DNA of 64,000 nucleotides from Cyanophora paradoxa CCMP329 (lineage: Eukaryota > Plantae > Glaucophyta). Positions 13,635 to 25,863 of this stretch are shown here, piece after piece (position 1 is the stretch's first letter; each line of letters begins with the position of its first letter). The position numbers and the translations under genes are program-made. The notes below the pieces were generated by a model. The model saw nothing but the letters and a program-made list of their open reading frames with translations. It did no database searches and was not told where the DNA came from. The stretch covers positions 1-64,000 of the forward strand of contig QPMI01000159.1 in assembly GCA_004431415.1 (NCBI GenBank), given 5' to 3'.

Positions 13635-13668
<34 letters not shown>

Positions 13669-15071
13669 GCCGGGCGTGCAGCACCGGCGCTGCTGGTTTA
13701 TCCTCGAGGTCACGTCCCCAGACCTCCCCGTGACGGGCCCGATGCGGGTGCGCCGGCCCCGGCGCCTGTCCCCTGACGAGGCTCACCTGAGCCTCGGCTC
13801 GGCTCGGGTCGGCGCGGTCGCGCTCAGGTGTACATCAAGGCCCGGGGGGTGCAGGAGCACGGGCCGGGGCGGCGGGCCTCGCTGCCCGCGTCCGTCCGCG
13901 CCCGCCGCTTCGCGGACGAGGGCGAGGTCGAGGGCAAAGGCGGGGGCGGGGGCGGGGGCGGGCTGCTCGAGCCGGGCGACGCCGCCTCAGTCGGCTCCTC
14001 GCCGCGCTGCGCGAGGAGCTTGAGCCCCCTGGACTCCCCCCGGGCACCCGCCTCGGCCTCCGACCTCGACGCCCCCGGGGGCGCCGCCGGCGCCGCCGCT
14101 CTCGCCCTCTCCTCCCACCTCCACTCCATCTCCTTCTCCGTCAAGCGTGCGCCGCGCCCGGCCCCTAGGCCTCCCCCCGGCCTTCGATCGCGGCCCCGGT
14201 CGCGAGCCTCCCCGCGCGCGCAGGGCGGAGGTGCAGCGCGCCCCCCGAGAACCTCATCCAAGTCAAAATCGAAGGGCCCTCTGGCCCCGCTCACGGCGGC
14301 TCCCTCGCGCTCACGGAGCCGGAGGCGGAGGCGGAGGCGGGTCGGGCAGGGCCGGGCGCCGCGTCGGGGGCCCTAGGTCTCCAGAGGGACCGGGCCAGCT
14401 CGGCCCCCAGCTCCTCGTCCGACATCTACGGCGCTGGCTCGGGGGCCCTCGCGATCGGGCCGGGGCCGCTGGCCATGGGCGGCGCCGGCTGGCCGCGGCC
14501 CCCGCCCAGCCACGTCCTCAGCCACTGGCCCCCGCACGCGCAGCAGCAGCAGCAGCAGCAGCTGGCACAGGGTGCCCGCCTCGTCCCCTCCCCGGCCGCC
14601 GCGCAGCAGCTGGCGCCCGTGCGCGCGAGCGCGCATGCGCAGCAGTTCGGCTGCGCCGCAACGTTAACGCCCTCGAGCTCGTGGCCGTGGTACCCCTCCG
14701 AGCCGTCCCCAGTTCACGACCAAGGGCCGGGGCGCCTCGTCATGCAGCTGCCCGTCTCCGTCTCCGCGTCCCATGATCAGGGCCATAGCCACGGCGGCTG
14801 GGTGCCCACCTCAGCCCTCGGCCTCCGCCCCCGCGCCTTCCCCGCCCCGCCCCTCGCCTCGCCGCCCGGCGCCCCCGCACCCTGCAGCGATCGCGACGCC
14901 CAGGGTGCGGGTTCGATCCCCGAGGGCGCCCTTTCCACCTTCTGGGGCCCCGCGGAGGAGGCGTACCCCGCTCCGGCCCCGGGCCAGGGGCCCGCTGCCG
15001 CGTACTTCCATGTATTCCCGGAGGGCATGTACCCCCAAGGCGGCTACCCAAGCGGCCAGTCCCCCTGGTGA
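13073..15071 (+). CDS. Hypothetical spliced protein with Q/P-rich low-complexity C-terminus (possible transcription factor)
   Basis: Exons VVTHKKQSARDRGEADKPPFILFPG..|GRVQEDGECDFTF|..|VQHRRCWFILEVTSPDLPVTGPMR|VYIKARG; poly-Q at 14541; stop 15071; start uncertain. Confidence 0.55.
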
Positions 15072-15713
15072 CCCCTCGGCGTCTGTATATCTGCAACTGT
15101 CCCTGCAGCCTACCCCCGCCCAACCATTTGCAACGATACGGCCGAGCCGCTCGAAACAGCGGCGCGCCTGGCCGGAATAATCCGAGCAAATCGTTTCTGA
15201 TCCCCGGACAGCCAACCGAATCCAGTGCCCGCTCTTTTTGCCCGCGCTCTAGATAGATTTCGCGCTTAGCTGTAGATATTATCGCGCTGCGCTGTAGATA
15301 GATTACGCGCTTCCCACTAATCGTAACCGCACGCGTGCCCTGCCAAGTTGGACGTCGACTTGAGTTTAGGTATGGAGTATCTATCGACATGATTTCGATC
15401 GTTCTATATTATCAATTGCAATAGTACTAGTCAACTGCAGCTTATTTGCAGACTCATCTGTATGATGTATGTGCATTTCGGCCGGAAGTGAAGTCTTGAA
15501 GAATCATTGAATAGTCGTAATCAGCTTCTTTTCAGACTCGCCCGGTTTTTGCCTTTTGCAAGCATAGTCGTGTTAGTCTTCACAGATTTACAATACACGC
15601 TCCTCCTCCTCTAGTTACCGCACAGCTAGACTCTGCCGTGTAGACAAACGACGAGTAGCCGCGAAGCAGCGACCGCAAGCAACCGCTCCGGATCAGGGGC
15701 CCCGGTCGGCCCC

Positions 15714-17504
15714 TCAGTCGAAGCGGATCGGGGGGCCGCCGCCCCCGCCGAGGGGCCCGGGGCCGCCTGGGGGCGGCCCGAAGCGAATGCCCCCTGGGCC
15801 GGCCCCGGGGCCGCCGTCGGGGGCCGGCCCCGGGGGCCCAAACAGCGAAGAAAAGGGTCCCTCCGGCTGAAGCATCCCGCTCCGCTGCGCCCCACCCGCC
15901 CGCGTCAGCCGGCGGCCGGCGGCGCCCGCATCCGCTAACATAATACGGGAGGGTGCCAGCGAGCAGAGCAGAGGGGTTCAGAGACCGGCGCACGAGCGCA
16001 GCTCTGAGCGCAGCTCGGGGGATAGAGGGGGCAGAGCCCTTGAAGCTAAGCTCGGCTTCGAGACGCTTTGGATCTCGAGCTCTGAGAGGGGCGGCTCGCG
16101 ATCGAGCGCACGAGCTTGAAGAGGCGGCCCATGCGGTCGGCCTTGCCCTTCCAGCGCGCCGCCAGCTCCCCCAGCTCCTCCGTCGACTGCGTCTGCGGGC
16201 GGCTCGTCGGACGGGGCGGGAGGGGTACGCCTTGAAAGGGGGCGGGGGCGCGCACCTGGGAGACGATCATGCCCATGGCCTGCTCCCAGACGAGGTGCTG
16301 GCTCTCCTCCTGCGCCTGCTTGATCTCCGCCACGATCTGCGGCGAGGCACCGGCTCGACTCGGGCCGGGAAGGGTTTGGGCGGGGCGGGCCTGCTCGGCG
16401 TCTTGGCTGCGCTGGGCGGCGAGGCGCCCGTGCTCCTCGGGGTCCCGCGAGTTCGAGTAGGACCACTCCCCCATCGGGTACGCCCCTGCCCGACCCGGAG
16501 TCAGGGGGTACGCCGATTCCGAACGAATCCGAGGCCGCCGTCTCTCGCGCGCCCCAGAAGAGGGAGGAGATGGCGAAGCGGGCGGAGTGCTTCTCGAAGC
16601 GGTTCGCAAACTCCGAGAAGAGGTCGTCGGGCTCCATGCCCGCAGACTGCGGGTTCGAATCCGGGCGCGGCCCGTTGTCGGCCTTGAGAGCGGCCGCGCC
16701 CGGGCTCGATGCGGGGCGCGCACCATCCTCGCGATCGCGGTGCATGCGGCGGCGAGCTCCCGAGACTCGGAGGCCAACGTCCGGCTGGGCCGGCGCGGCT
16801 TGGAGGGGGGGTACGGGGCGCTCGGCGCGGCGGGGGGGTACCAGTTGTTCGCGAAGTTGTCCGTGTCCAGAAGGAGGGGCTCCTGCGGGGGGGGTGCGGG
16901 TTCAGGAGAGGGGAAAGGGTGATCGTGGGGCATCGGGCCGCGCCTCCGGCATCTTCAGGTGAGCAGCGAGCATCCTGGGGCGGGGCGTGGCGGGTGAGGG
17001 GCCGGCGTGGCGGGGGATGCGCGGGGGGCCTCGGAGGGTCCGGCACCGCCGTACCAGTTGCAGTTGCGGCGGATCTGGACGTAGACGTGGTTGAAGAGCC
17101 GGTCCATGTCCGCGCACGCGCCCTGCGCCCCGCGCGCGCGCGCGCGCCGCTCAGCGAAGCTCGAGGAGCGCCGGCCGGCCGCGGGTGGCCACGCGCGCGC
17201 GTCGGGCGCACCAGCAGCTCAGCGAGCATGTCCAGGGTGAGGCCCATCTGCTCGGCGGCGGCAGCGCCGGGGCCGTGGGCGGCCAGCCGCAGGGGCCGGG
17301 GCCGGGGCGGGCGGCGGAGACGCACGTTGGTGACCTTCGGGAGGTCGGCCTCCGCGTCGTGCTGCACGTCAAAGTCCGGCTCGCTCCTGTAGCGCTTCCC
17401 CGGGCCAGCCCCGCCAGGGCCGGGGCTCTCTCCGCCGAACTGCGGCGCGCGGTCAGCTGCGGGTGCTCTCGGGCGTCGGCTGAGCTATCCTTCAGCTTGT
17501 GCAT
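15714..17504 (-). CDS. Hypothetical spliced protein
   Basis: Host-like codon usage in exons bounded by GT/GC..AG: EPDFDVQHDAEADLPKVTN, MDRLFNHVYVQIRRNCNW, DDLFSEFANRFEKHSARF, IVAEIKQAQEESQHLVWEQAMGMIVSQ; G/P-rich last exon ends PIRFD* at 15714; start uncertain. Confidence 0.6.
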
Positions 17505-18377
17505 TGGTTGCGATGCAGGAGCACGGTACGCGACCGCATGCGCACCGAGCTCGACGAATCTTCCGCGGCGCGGATAGGCGGCATGTGGCTTGTATGCCGC
17601 GCGCGCGCATGTGCCCTTGCCCGTTCAAATGATATCTTCTGCCCGCAGAGGCTCCACGCGAGCGCCGGCGCGCGCCGCGTTGTCAGCCGCCGCTCCGCTG
17701 GCCGCGCCCGCGCCTCTGACTGGTTCGGGCATACCGCGCCAGCGCGCGAGGGCCCTGCTACGCTGACCGGCGCGCCGTGCGTGAGCACGATCGCGCAGCT
17801 GCTGAAGGCGCCGGGCGACGTCGACATAGGCATCCGCTGACTGGGTGCACCCCCCCACCGGCCTTCTCGCCGCGGCAGCCGCCCTCCGGAGGATGCGCGC
17901 GGCAGCAACCTATTGCTAGCAGTAGCTACGATTCCTCTCTTTGGCTCGTGCCTTGCAATTGGCGACCCGAGGCCTCTTGCGCGCTCAGCCAGAAAAGAAA
18001 CACAAACCGAGGACTGCACCATGTTCCGAAATGAAAAGATGGACGGATGAGCCTCGGAGATCGTGGGGATTGCTGTCCTTAGCCCAGCGGCCCGGGCCGC
18101 GTGCGGGACTCTAGCCTGGAGCTCAGGCCCCCGGTCGGCCGCGAGATCGGGCCGGATAACCCATAGATGCTCGCCCCCGGACCCCACCCCAGACCGAAAA
18201 GGGCGCGTTGTTGCGGGGACGGATCAATCACAGGGGATCGATTGGCCACAAAACCGAGTGCGGGACGGCACACGGCTCCTGCCAGATTGAAAGAGGGACG
18301 ACCTCTGTTCCCGCGCTGCGCGACGCCTGATGCACGCTGCGTGTCGGCGCCCGCGCTGACGGCTAGCGGTGTGCCGC

Positions 18378-19220
18378 TTATACGAGGTGCTCGTAGGGGA
18401 TGGCGTGGCAAGTCTCCGGGACCTGGCCCTTCGACTTGATGATCGCGCCAGCCTTCGGCAGCACCGGGAGGCGCTTGGTCGACGGCACCGGGACTGCGAG
18501 CGGAGCAATCAGGTGGCGCTCGAGAGATGCGGCGTGCAGCGGTCGAGGCGAGCGGGGTGCTAGCGGAGGCGGCCACCGGAACCAGCTTAGAGCTTGAAGA
18601 ACCGGCAGAAGGGCGGTGACAGGGAAGCATCCGCCACCAATGCTAGCCCTAGGAAAAGCATCGCTCCTGCAGAAGGAGGGCAAGAACGCACGCTTGGCGA
18701 CGTGCGCGTCGTGCTTGATCTTGTCGTTCTCCTTCACGCGCTTGAGGAAGCTATCGCGGCAGGACGACTTCTTCACGTGGTCGATGCGGACGTGGATGCG
18801 CTTCTTGATGATGCGGTGGCGGACCTGAGGAGCGAGGTGTCGGCACGGAAGCGAAGGCGATCAGCACCGCAGCCCAGGCGGCGTGCCCAGAGCTAAGAAG
18901 GCAATACTACATTACTCCAAGGAGATGATAAGCCTAGCACGAAAGCGGCAGCCGCGGCAGAAGAGCCCCCACGAGGCACGGACCCGCTTGTTGATCTCCA
19001 CACCGATGGCGCGCTTGGTCACGTTCCAGACGATGCCAGTGCGGCCGTGGTAGTACTTGAAGGGCATGCCCTTGTGCACCGCCGCATTGCCAACAACGTC
19101 GACGTACTCGCCGATCTTGAAGTTGGTGAGGTAGGTGCTAAGGTGCACCGGGCCATTGGTCTTGAAGGCCCGCGCGAACAGAGCGCGCGTCCGAGCGCGA
19201 TAACCGTACGAGTGCGGCAT
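18378..19220 (-). CDS. RPL21: 60S ribosomal protein L21 (eL21)
   Basis: [15 protein letters not shown]...[30 protein letters not shown]|[23 protein letters not shown]...; exons 18984-19220, 18692-18824, 18378-18493; probable 5'UTR intron 19226-19365. Confidence 0.97.
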
Positions 19221-19505
19221 TGTCCCTGCGGGCGCGGCGGTAGGTCAGCTCCCGATCGCAGGCGCCGCTGGCAGCATAGAGTGCTTCTATCTGCTGCGAA
19301 GATCCGAGCGGCTCGCAGGCGGGAGGCTGCTAACGCTGCGGGCGAAGAAGGGGCGATCGGCACACCTTTTTTTCCCCTGACTGCCGGGTACGGGAGCGTG
19401 AGCGGGGGATGGCTACGCGACCGGGTACAGCTACAAGGCAACGCGCCCTGCTATCCGCCTAGCGCCTACGACCGCGTAACGCGCCAGCACTACGGGGGCT
19501 TAGCG

Positions 19506-21371
19506 ATGGGTCGGCTCCTCGTTCTGGTCGTCGCGACACTCGCACTCGCCGCTTCGGTCCGCCGCGCCCCCAGCGCGAGGAAGCGTTGAGACTTACGCAT
19601 GCTCAGGTGTACGCGAGGAATGAACTGCCCGCGCACGTCCGCTTCGTGCACGCCGTGCCAGGCGCGCGCCCCTCCGCGGCCCGTCGCCCGCCGCCCTGAC
19701 TCGCTGGAGCAGATGCGCCCGCAATGGATGTGTACATCGGCGACGCGGAGGAGCCGATCGTCGCGGGGATTGAGTGCGCCGCAGGATGCGACCCGCCGAA
19801 ACGTTCTTCGTTCGAAGCCCGGCGCAGGTTCGCCAAGGTGACGGGCTTCCACAAGATCCAGGCCGTAAATCACAGGCACGTTTCTGTGTCGTGTTTCGTA
19901 CCCCGTCGCCCGCCCGCCGTGACGCGCGGCGCCCGCGCAGCATCTGGATCTCCCAGGCCGGCGCCGGCCGCGCCCAGGCGAGGCAGTTTGGCCCGATCGG
20001 GCCCTTCCAACCTGGCAAATTCTATACGATTGGAGTGCGCACGCGTTTCGTTCACGACATTAAACGCCGCGGCACCGGCGGCGAGCTACGCGCCCAGCTG
20101 CGATAGGGGCTGCGGTTAGCGCTCGAGTGGAGACGAGGGCGTGTTCGAACAGGCTAGACGCGTCGGAGTGAGAGCTTAGCTTCGGGGCGCGGTCCCCGCC
20201 TTGATAGCGTGCCGCCCCGTCTCACCGGCCTGCAGGGAGTCGGCGTGCTGAGGCTCGACAAGGTGCGCCCGCCTCAACCCCCCCCCCCCCCAACACACAC
20301 ACACACACACACCCTCTCCCCTTCTACTACCCCTCCCCCGCTACTTCCCCCTCGAGCCCACTCCGTGCAGGTCCAGATGGTCCTCAAGCAGGACCACGTC
20401 ACGCCCACCTGGAAGGGCTCCAAGATCAAGTTTGTGCGTACCCCGCCACCCGAAGGGGGCGCGCTCGGTGTACCCCGTGACATCTTCCCCCCCCCCCCCA
20501 GGTCAACTTCGCGCCGGAGCTATCCTTCATGGACGTCGTCAACGTCGAGGAGGACCTGTGCGCCGTACCCCCGCCGCGCTTTCCGGCCCCTCCCAACATC
20601 CCGTACCCCCGCAGGAAGGGCAACATTCACCAGAAGTACATCTTTAAGGTAACCTCCCCTGCGATCGTCGCCGCCGATCGGTATCGGGCCCTTCTGACGC
20701 GCGCCCCGACAGCACGTCCCGTACGGCAAGGCCTCCAAGCAGACGACGCTCAGCGGGGACAGCGGCTACCGCTTCCACTTCCTTCTCACCCGCTCCAAGT
20801 GCGGCACACCCCTCCCGCCGCCCGGAAACGCGTACCCCCCTGAATCCTTTTCCCCTACCCCCCAGGTCGCTGTACGTGGACGCGAAGAACGTCTACCTCG
20901 ACTCGAGCGCCGTGTTCACGTGCTTCATCATGGGCTTCATCGCCCGCGGCGACCTCGGGGGTACGAACTCACGCCCCCTTCACGTACCCCCGTCCAAACC
21001 CCGGTGACGCTGTACCCGCCTCCCCCGGGCAGGCCACCCGCGCATCCGGGCGGTCGTGGTGCGGGACTCGATCTACACGGGGCCCGACGGCGGGGTCGAG
21101 ATCGCGGAGGACGGTACCCCCCTCCTCGAGCAGCTCGACCTCGAGCCCTCCTTCGTGGACGTCACCCACGGCGATGTCGTACCCCCCGCCGACTACATGC
21201 CCGCCCTCGAGATCGCGGAGGCCATCCAGGTACCCCCCCACCCCCCCGCCCCCGCCCTCCCCTCTAGGCTGAGCGCGGCAGCAGGCGGAGCGCTCTCCGG
21301 CCCTGTGGGAGGCCTGGAGTGCCTTGGTCTCTGCCTGGCTCGACCGCCTGCGGCTCGCCGCCGGCCTCTAG
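19506..21371 (+). CDS. Secreted DUF4397-domain protein
   Basis: Signal peptide MGRLLVLVVATLALAAS; spliced HVRFVHAVP|DAPAMDVYIG matches the DUF4397 VRvvHasPDAPavDvy motif; second repeat-like KIKF|VNFAPELSFMDV; stop 21369-21371. Confidence 0.75.
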
Positions 21372-21481
21372 GCCGGGCGCGCGCCCCCCGGGCCTCGGCT
21401 GGGCATAAGCACTGTTGAATTTACATGCGCATCTGTCCAAATACCCTCCCGATACCCAGAGAAACCCAGCAGCATGGACGA

Positions 21482-23545
21482 TCAGAACGCTATGGAGGCC
21501 TGCGGGGGCGGGGAGGGGACGGGGTCAGGGGCAGAGGGAGGAGGGCGGGCGCCGCAGAGGAAGGAATGCACCTCGTAGATGGCGACGGGGTCGGGGGGCG
21601 CCTCGGGTCGCTTCTCCCCTTTCCGCTTCCCGCTCTTCGCGGTCGTCCCCGGCGCCGTGGCCGTACCCCCGCCCTTCCCATCGCCGCCGCCGCCGCCGCC
21701 GCCGCCTCCGCTGCCGCCGCCGCCGCTGCCGCCGCTGCCGCCTCCGCTGCCGCCCTTGCCGCCACCGGCTTCCTGTTTTCGCTGCTTGGCAGGCGCCGCC
21801 CCTCCTGACGAGGAGGTCGCTGCCGCTGCCGCCGGCTCCGCGCTGCCGTCCGCCGGAACGCCGATGACGGGCGGGTCGAAGAACGGCTCGTCAGGCACGC
21901 TGGGGATGTCCACCACGGCGTCCTGCTTCGGATCGTACGGACGGTCCCTGCAGCCCCGCAGCGTCAGCGGCCGGCCGAGGCGGGGCGGTCGCCACGCGCG
22001 CCGGCGCGTGCGCACAGCGGCTTGTTGTAGACCCAGGTGCCGTCCCCGTGCTCGTGGAAGAGCCGGAGGCGGGGCCGCAGGCCGCGCTCTTCCCGGATCT
22101 TCGCCTGCCGCCGCTGCTCGTCCTCCAGCTCCGCCTTGAACCTGCGGCCGCGAACGGCCGCTCAGCGCGCGTGCGCGCGGGGTCGGGAGGGGCCGCACTT
22201 GGTGGCGGTCTCCTGATCATTCGCGAGGAGCGCCTTGGTGACCTTTGCCCAGAGCCTGGCGGCGCCGCGCTTGGATTCGGGACGCGATGACGCGCGGGGA
22301 GCGCGCGGGCGGACCTTCGCGACTCGTACGGGACCTGCTTCTCTTCGGGGAGGACAATCTGCGGGACAACAGGCGCGCCCTCACAGTTGAAAAGGACCTC
22401 GGTCTCCTGAAAAACCACTCTCAGCGGTCGGGGACGGGGCGGGTGTGGGGCGGGCTCCGCGCGGAGCGCACCGAGGTCTCGGCGTCAGTGATGTCAAACG
22501 AAGTGTCCCACAAGCCGTCGATGGTGTACAGATCCTCGTCCACGTCGACGTGCCGAATGGTGCCGACGACCCGGTTGTACTTGCCGCCGAAGAAGCCCTG
22601 CGCACGGCGCATGAGCACTCTGTTGCGAAGCGTTCTCGGGAAGCGTCACGCGCTGCGCACTTTTGTTTTGAACTCAATCTCCGTGTAATACCCAGACTTC
22701 TCGCAGCGGATGTAGGTCTTGCCGCCCATCTCCATGAGGAGAGAGCCGATGATGATGCCGCGCGCGTACACGTTCGGCCATGTCATCACGTACTCCTCGT
22801 CGTGCGGGAGGAACCGGAGGAAGGACTGGCCTGCGGGAAGGATGAGAAAGCGCACGAAAGAGACAGGGGAGGAGACGCGCGCCTTCCATCAAGCTCGCGG
22901 CAGAGTTGCCCAGGAAGCGCGACTTAGGACATACGTTGCCGTGGAACACGATTCCCTTCTTGCGGTTCTCCACGTAGAAGGCAGAGACCGGGGGGTGGTG
23001 GGAGACCTGCTCCGCGACGCAGACAGTGGTCCCGTCCTTCGGCCCATGCTCATACTTGCATCGAAACACCTCGCCAAGGATGGGATTGTACGGCTTCTTC
23101 ACGCCCTGCGATTCGGGGACGCGAGGGATCGGCCGCGCGCTGGGACGCACATGCTCGCGAGCGCGGACCTTCGGACGCAGATGCCAGCCCGAGAGATACC
23201 ACCTCGTGACGCCGATGAGGCGCTGCAGTGGATCCTCCGCCTCGGACGCCCTGTGCAGAGCGGGAGAGAACAAGTTTTAGCACTGGCGGCGGGCCGCAGC
23301 GCAGACAGTGCGGGGCAGCGTGCGGACCGCAGAAGGAGATCGGAATGCGTAAGGAAGTCGGTCAGCTTCTCCAGGATGCTTCGCGGCTCGAGAATGAAAG
23401 TTGGGAGAGGAACTCTGGAGAGGTCCATTCCGACGCGCAGCTGACTGATGATCTCCAGGAGCAGAGAGCGAGGCCTGTCGTCGAGCTCCTCGCCCTCGCC
23501 CGCGTCCACCGGGCTGTCCGGCTCGGGGCTGCTCCCGTCCGCCAT
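21482..23545 (-). CDS. Oxysterol-binding protein-related lipid transfer protein (ORD only; Osh6/7-ORP5/8-like)
   Basis: [32 protein letters not shown], signature [16 protein letters not shown]; ATG 23545. Confidence 0.93.
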
Positions 23546-23740
23546 CGTCCCTACAACTCGAGCGCCAAAGCTGTCTAGCAACGAAAGGGCGCTGTTACGT
23601 GGCCGCGGGCTTGCTCCTTCGGACGCAGCCGGCTCCCTTCCCGGGTACAGTTGACGTTTCGCGGCACCTGCGGGCCTCAGCTGCAGCTGCAAGCGGCTTC
23701 GACTGTGAGCGGCGTCACTGCAGAGGCCCGCGCAGGGTCG

Positions 23741-24610
23741 ATGGAGTACTATGATCCAGCTGAGGATACGCACCTGCTGCTGGACGCGCTCAACGAGGAC
23801 GCCGAGCGAATCCGGTCCATCGAGCCGCTCTTTTGCGTTGAGATCGGGTGCCTGCTAGAGCAGGATTCGCGCCCGCGCGCTGGTCTGACGCGAGCGCAGT
23901 TGCGGCAGCGGTGTAGTGATCGTGGAGCTGGCGAAGATCGCCCCTGGCGCGGTGCGATTCGCAACAGATATCAATCCTGCGGCGCTAGCAGCGACGCAGC
24001 GGCTCGCGGCAGACTCGGGAGTGCGCTCGAGCCTGCCCCGTCGAACGTCGCTGCAGGCCCGAGCGTTCCGCGCAGGTGCCGGTGGAGCTGGTGCGGACGG
24101 ACCTGGTGGCGGCGCTCGAGACGCGGCTGCGGGGCCGTGTGGACGTGCTCGTGTTCAACCCGCCGTACGTGCCGACGGAGTCGAGCGAGGTCGGCACGCC
24201 GGACATCTCCGCCGCGTGGGCGGGCGGCTTCGACGGCCGCGAGGTCATCGACCGCCTGCTGCCCCGCCTCCCGGTTCGCGCCCCGGCCCGGCCGCGCATG
24301 AATATTGCACCCGCGGGACCGACGCGCGCGCGCGGCGCAGGCGCTGCTCGCGGACCGCGCGCTCTTCTACATGGTCGCCCTGCAGGAGAACCGGCCCAAG
24401 GAGATCGCAGAGACCATGCGCCGCATGGGCTTCGACTCGAAGGCGCGCCGCCACCGCCGCCGTCGCCACGCGCCCCGCGCTTGCGCACGCGCGGCAGGGC
24501 CTTCGCTGACGGCGGCGCGCTCTCGTCTGCAGGTCGTCCTGCGACGGAGAGCGGGCGGCGAGTCTCTGTACGTCGTGCGGTACTCGCGGACCGGCGCCGG
24601 GGGCGGGTGA
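23741..24610 (+). CDS. N6AMT1: HemK2/N6AMT1 (Mtq2) eRF1 glutamine methyltransferase
   Basis: [18 protein letters not shown]|[41 protein letters not shown]. Confidence 0.92.
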
Positions 24611-25863
24611 CCTTGCATGGCGGGCGCGCATCAGGGCATCACGTGCACCCGACTGTCACAAAGCGAGCCGGGGCGAGCGATTGCGGCAGCTTCGCGCGCA
24701 TCCCAGCGGCCCATCGCTGTCGGAATCGTGGGGGACAAGGTCAAGCCTTCCGGGCGCCGGCGCTAGCACCTCGCCTTGCAGCCGCAGCTGGAGCTCGAGC
24801 TGACAGCGACAAACGCCGATCGAGATCACCATCTGCAGCTGCATCTTCATCCGCGTGGCAGTCCCGTTCGAATTAGCAGGCCGGGCAGGCAGCCGGGGGC
24901 ATGCGAGCCAGGGCCGATGTCTTCTTCAGCGCCGCGCCGCCGGCGCCCGCGGCCGCCCGGCGGCCGGCATCCAGGGCCGGCTAGCGCTCGGCAGTATTCC
25001 GGGACCCTGACATCAATGTAGCTTTAGATCTGTATCTAGAAACTGTATACGAGAAGACGATACGATTTCGGCGCGCGCTTTAGTTAGCGGCCGGCCGCGC
25101 GCGGCGCCGGCCGCGGCCGCGGCCGGCGTATACGTACGCGTACGTATACGTGCGCGCGCGTGGCCATGGCGTACGCGCGTATACGTACGCGCGCGCGCGT
25201 TAACGTTGACTGGCCATGGGCAATACGGCAGCGCCGGTTAGGGGGTTAGGCACGGACCGTACGCTGCGCATGCATCTGGCCTGTCGCATTTCGCTGTACC
25301 CCGCGTCCAGTGTGCGCCGTGCGGCCGTGCCTGTCGCTCACACGTCAGGCGCATTGCAGGTGCAAAGCAAAGCGCGTCCCCAAGCTCGAAGGTATCGGTA
25401 CCCAAGCTCGAAGACCGCCGACCTTGATCTTAGCTAGAGGTATGCAAGACAAGCGGCGAGCGCAGCTGTGCACTGGAGGCGCTAGCTACGAAGAGTGGAG
25501 AGCGCCATAGACCCCGCAGGCTCCGCAGGTGACGTGGCCAGATTCGTGCGGCAGCGCAGCAGGCCGCTTGCTCTTAGCAGCGTACTGAGAGCGTAGATGC
25601 GTGGTGCGCTGGATCGGTCCCCGCGAGCTCCCGTTGCGCTCTCCAGCTGCGCCGACCTTGGGAGAAGTTACTCACCCGGGCCCAGGTTCGGCGCAGCTCC
25701 CCGCTCTACAGCAAAGGGATCTTGAACTAATGTAAGAACGCCACTTGCATGCTTTCAGCCCGACCTGACCCGATCTCGCCGATCGATCAGTCGGGAACCT
25801 CCGTCAGCTGCAGCTGGGCCAGTACTAGTGGCGTCTTTGCACGCGTGCGGCGCGCGCAAGGCA

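Noticed and set aside
15660-15900. GC-rich self-complementary stretch as a structured ncRNA
   Set aside because: Better explained as the Gly/Pro-rich last exon of the minus-strand hypothetical gene
18030-18300. Possible RNase MRP/P or snoRNA downstream of RPL21
   Set aside because: Only isolated short motif resemblances; conserved regions are not in the right order or spacing
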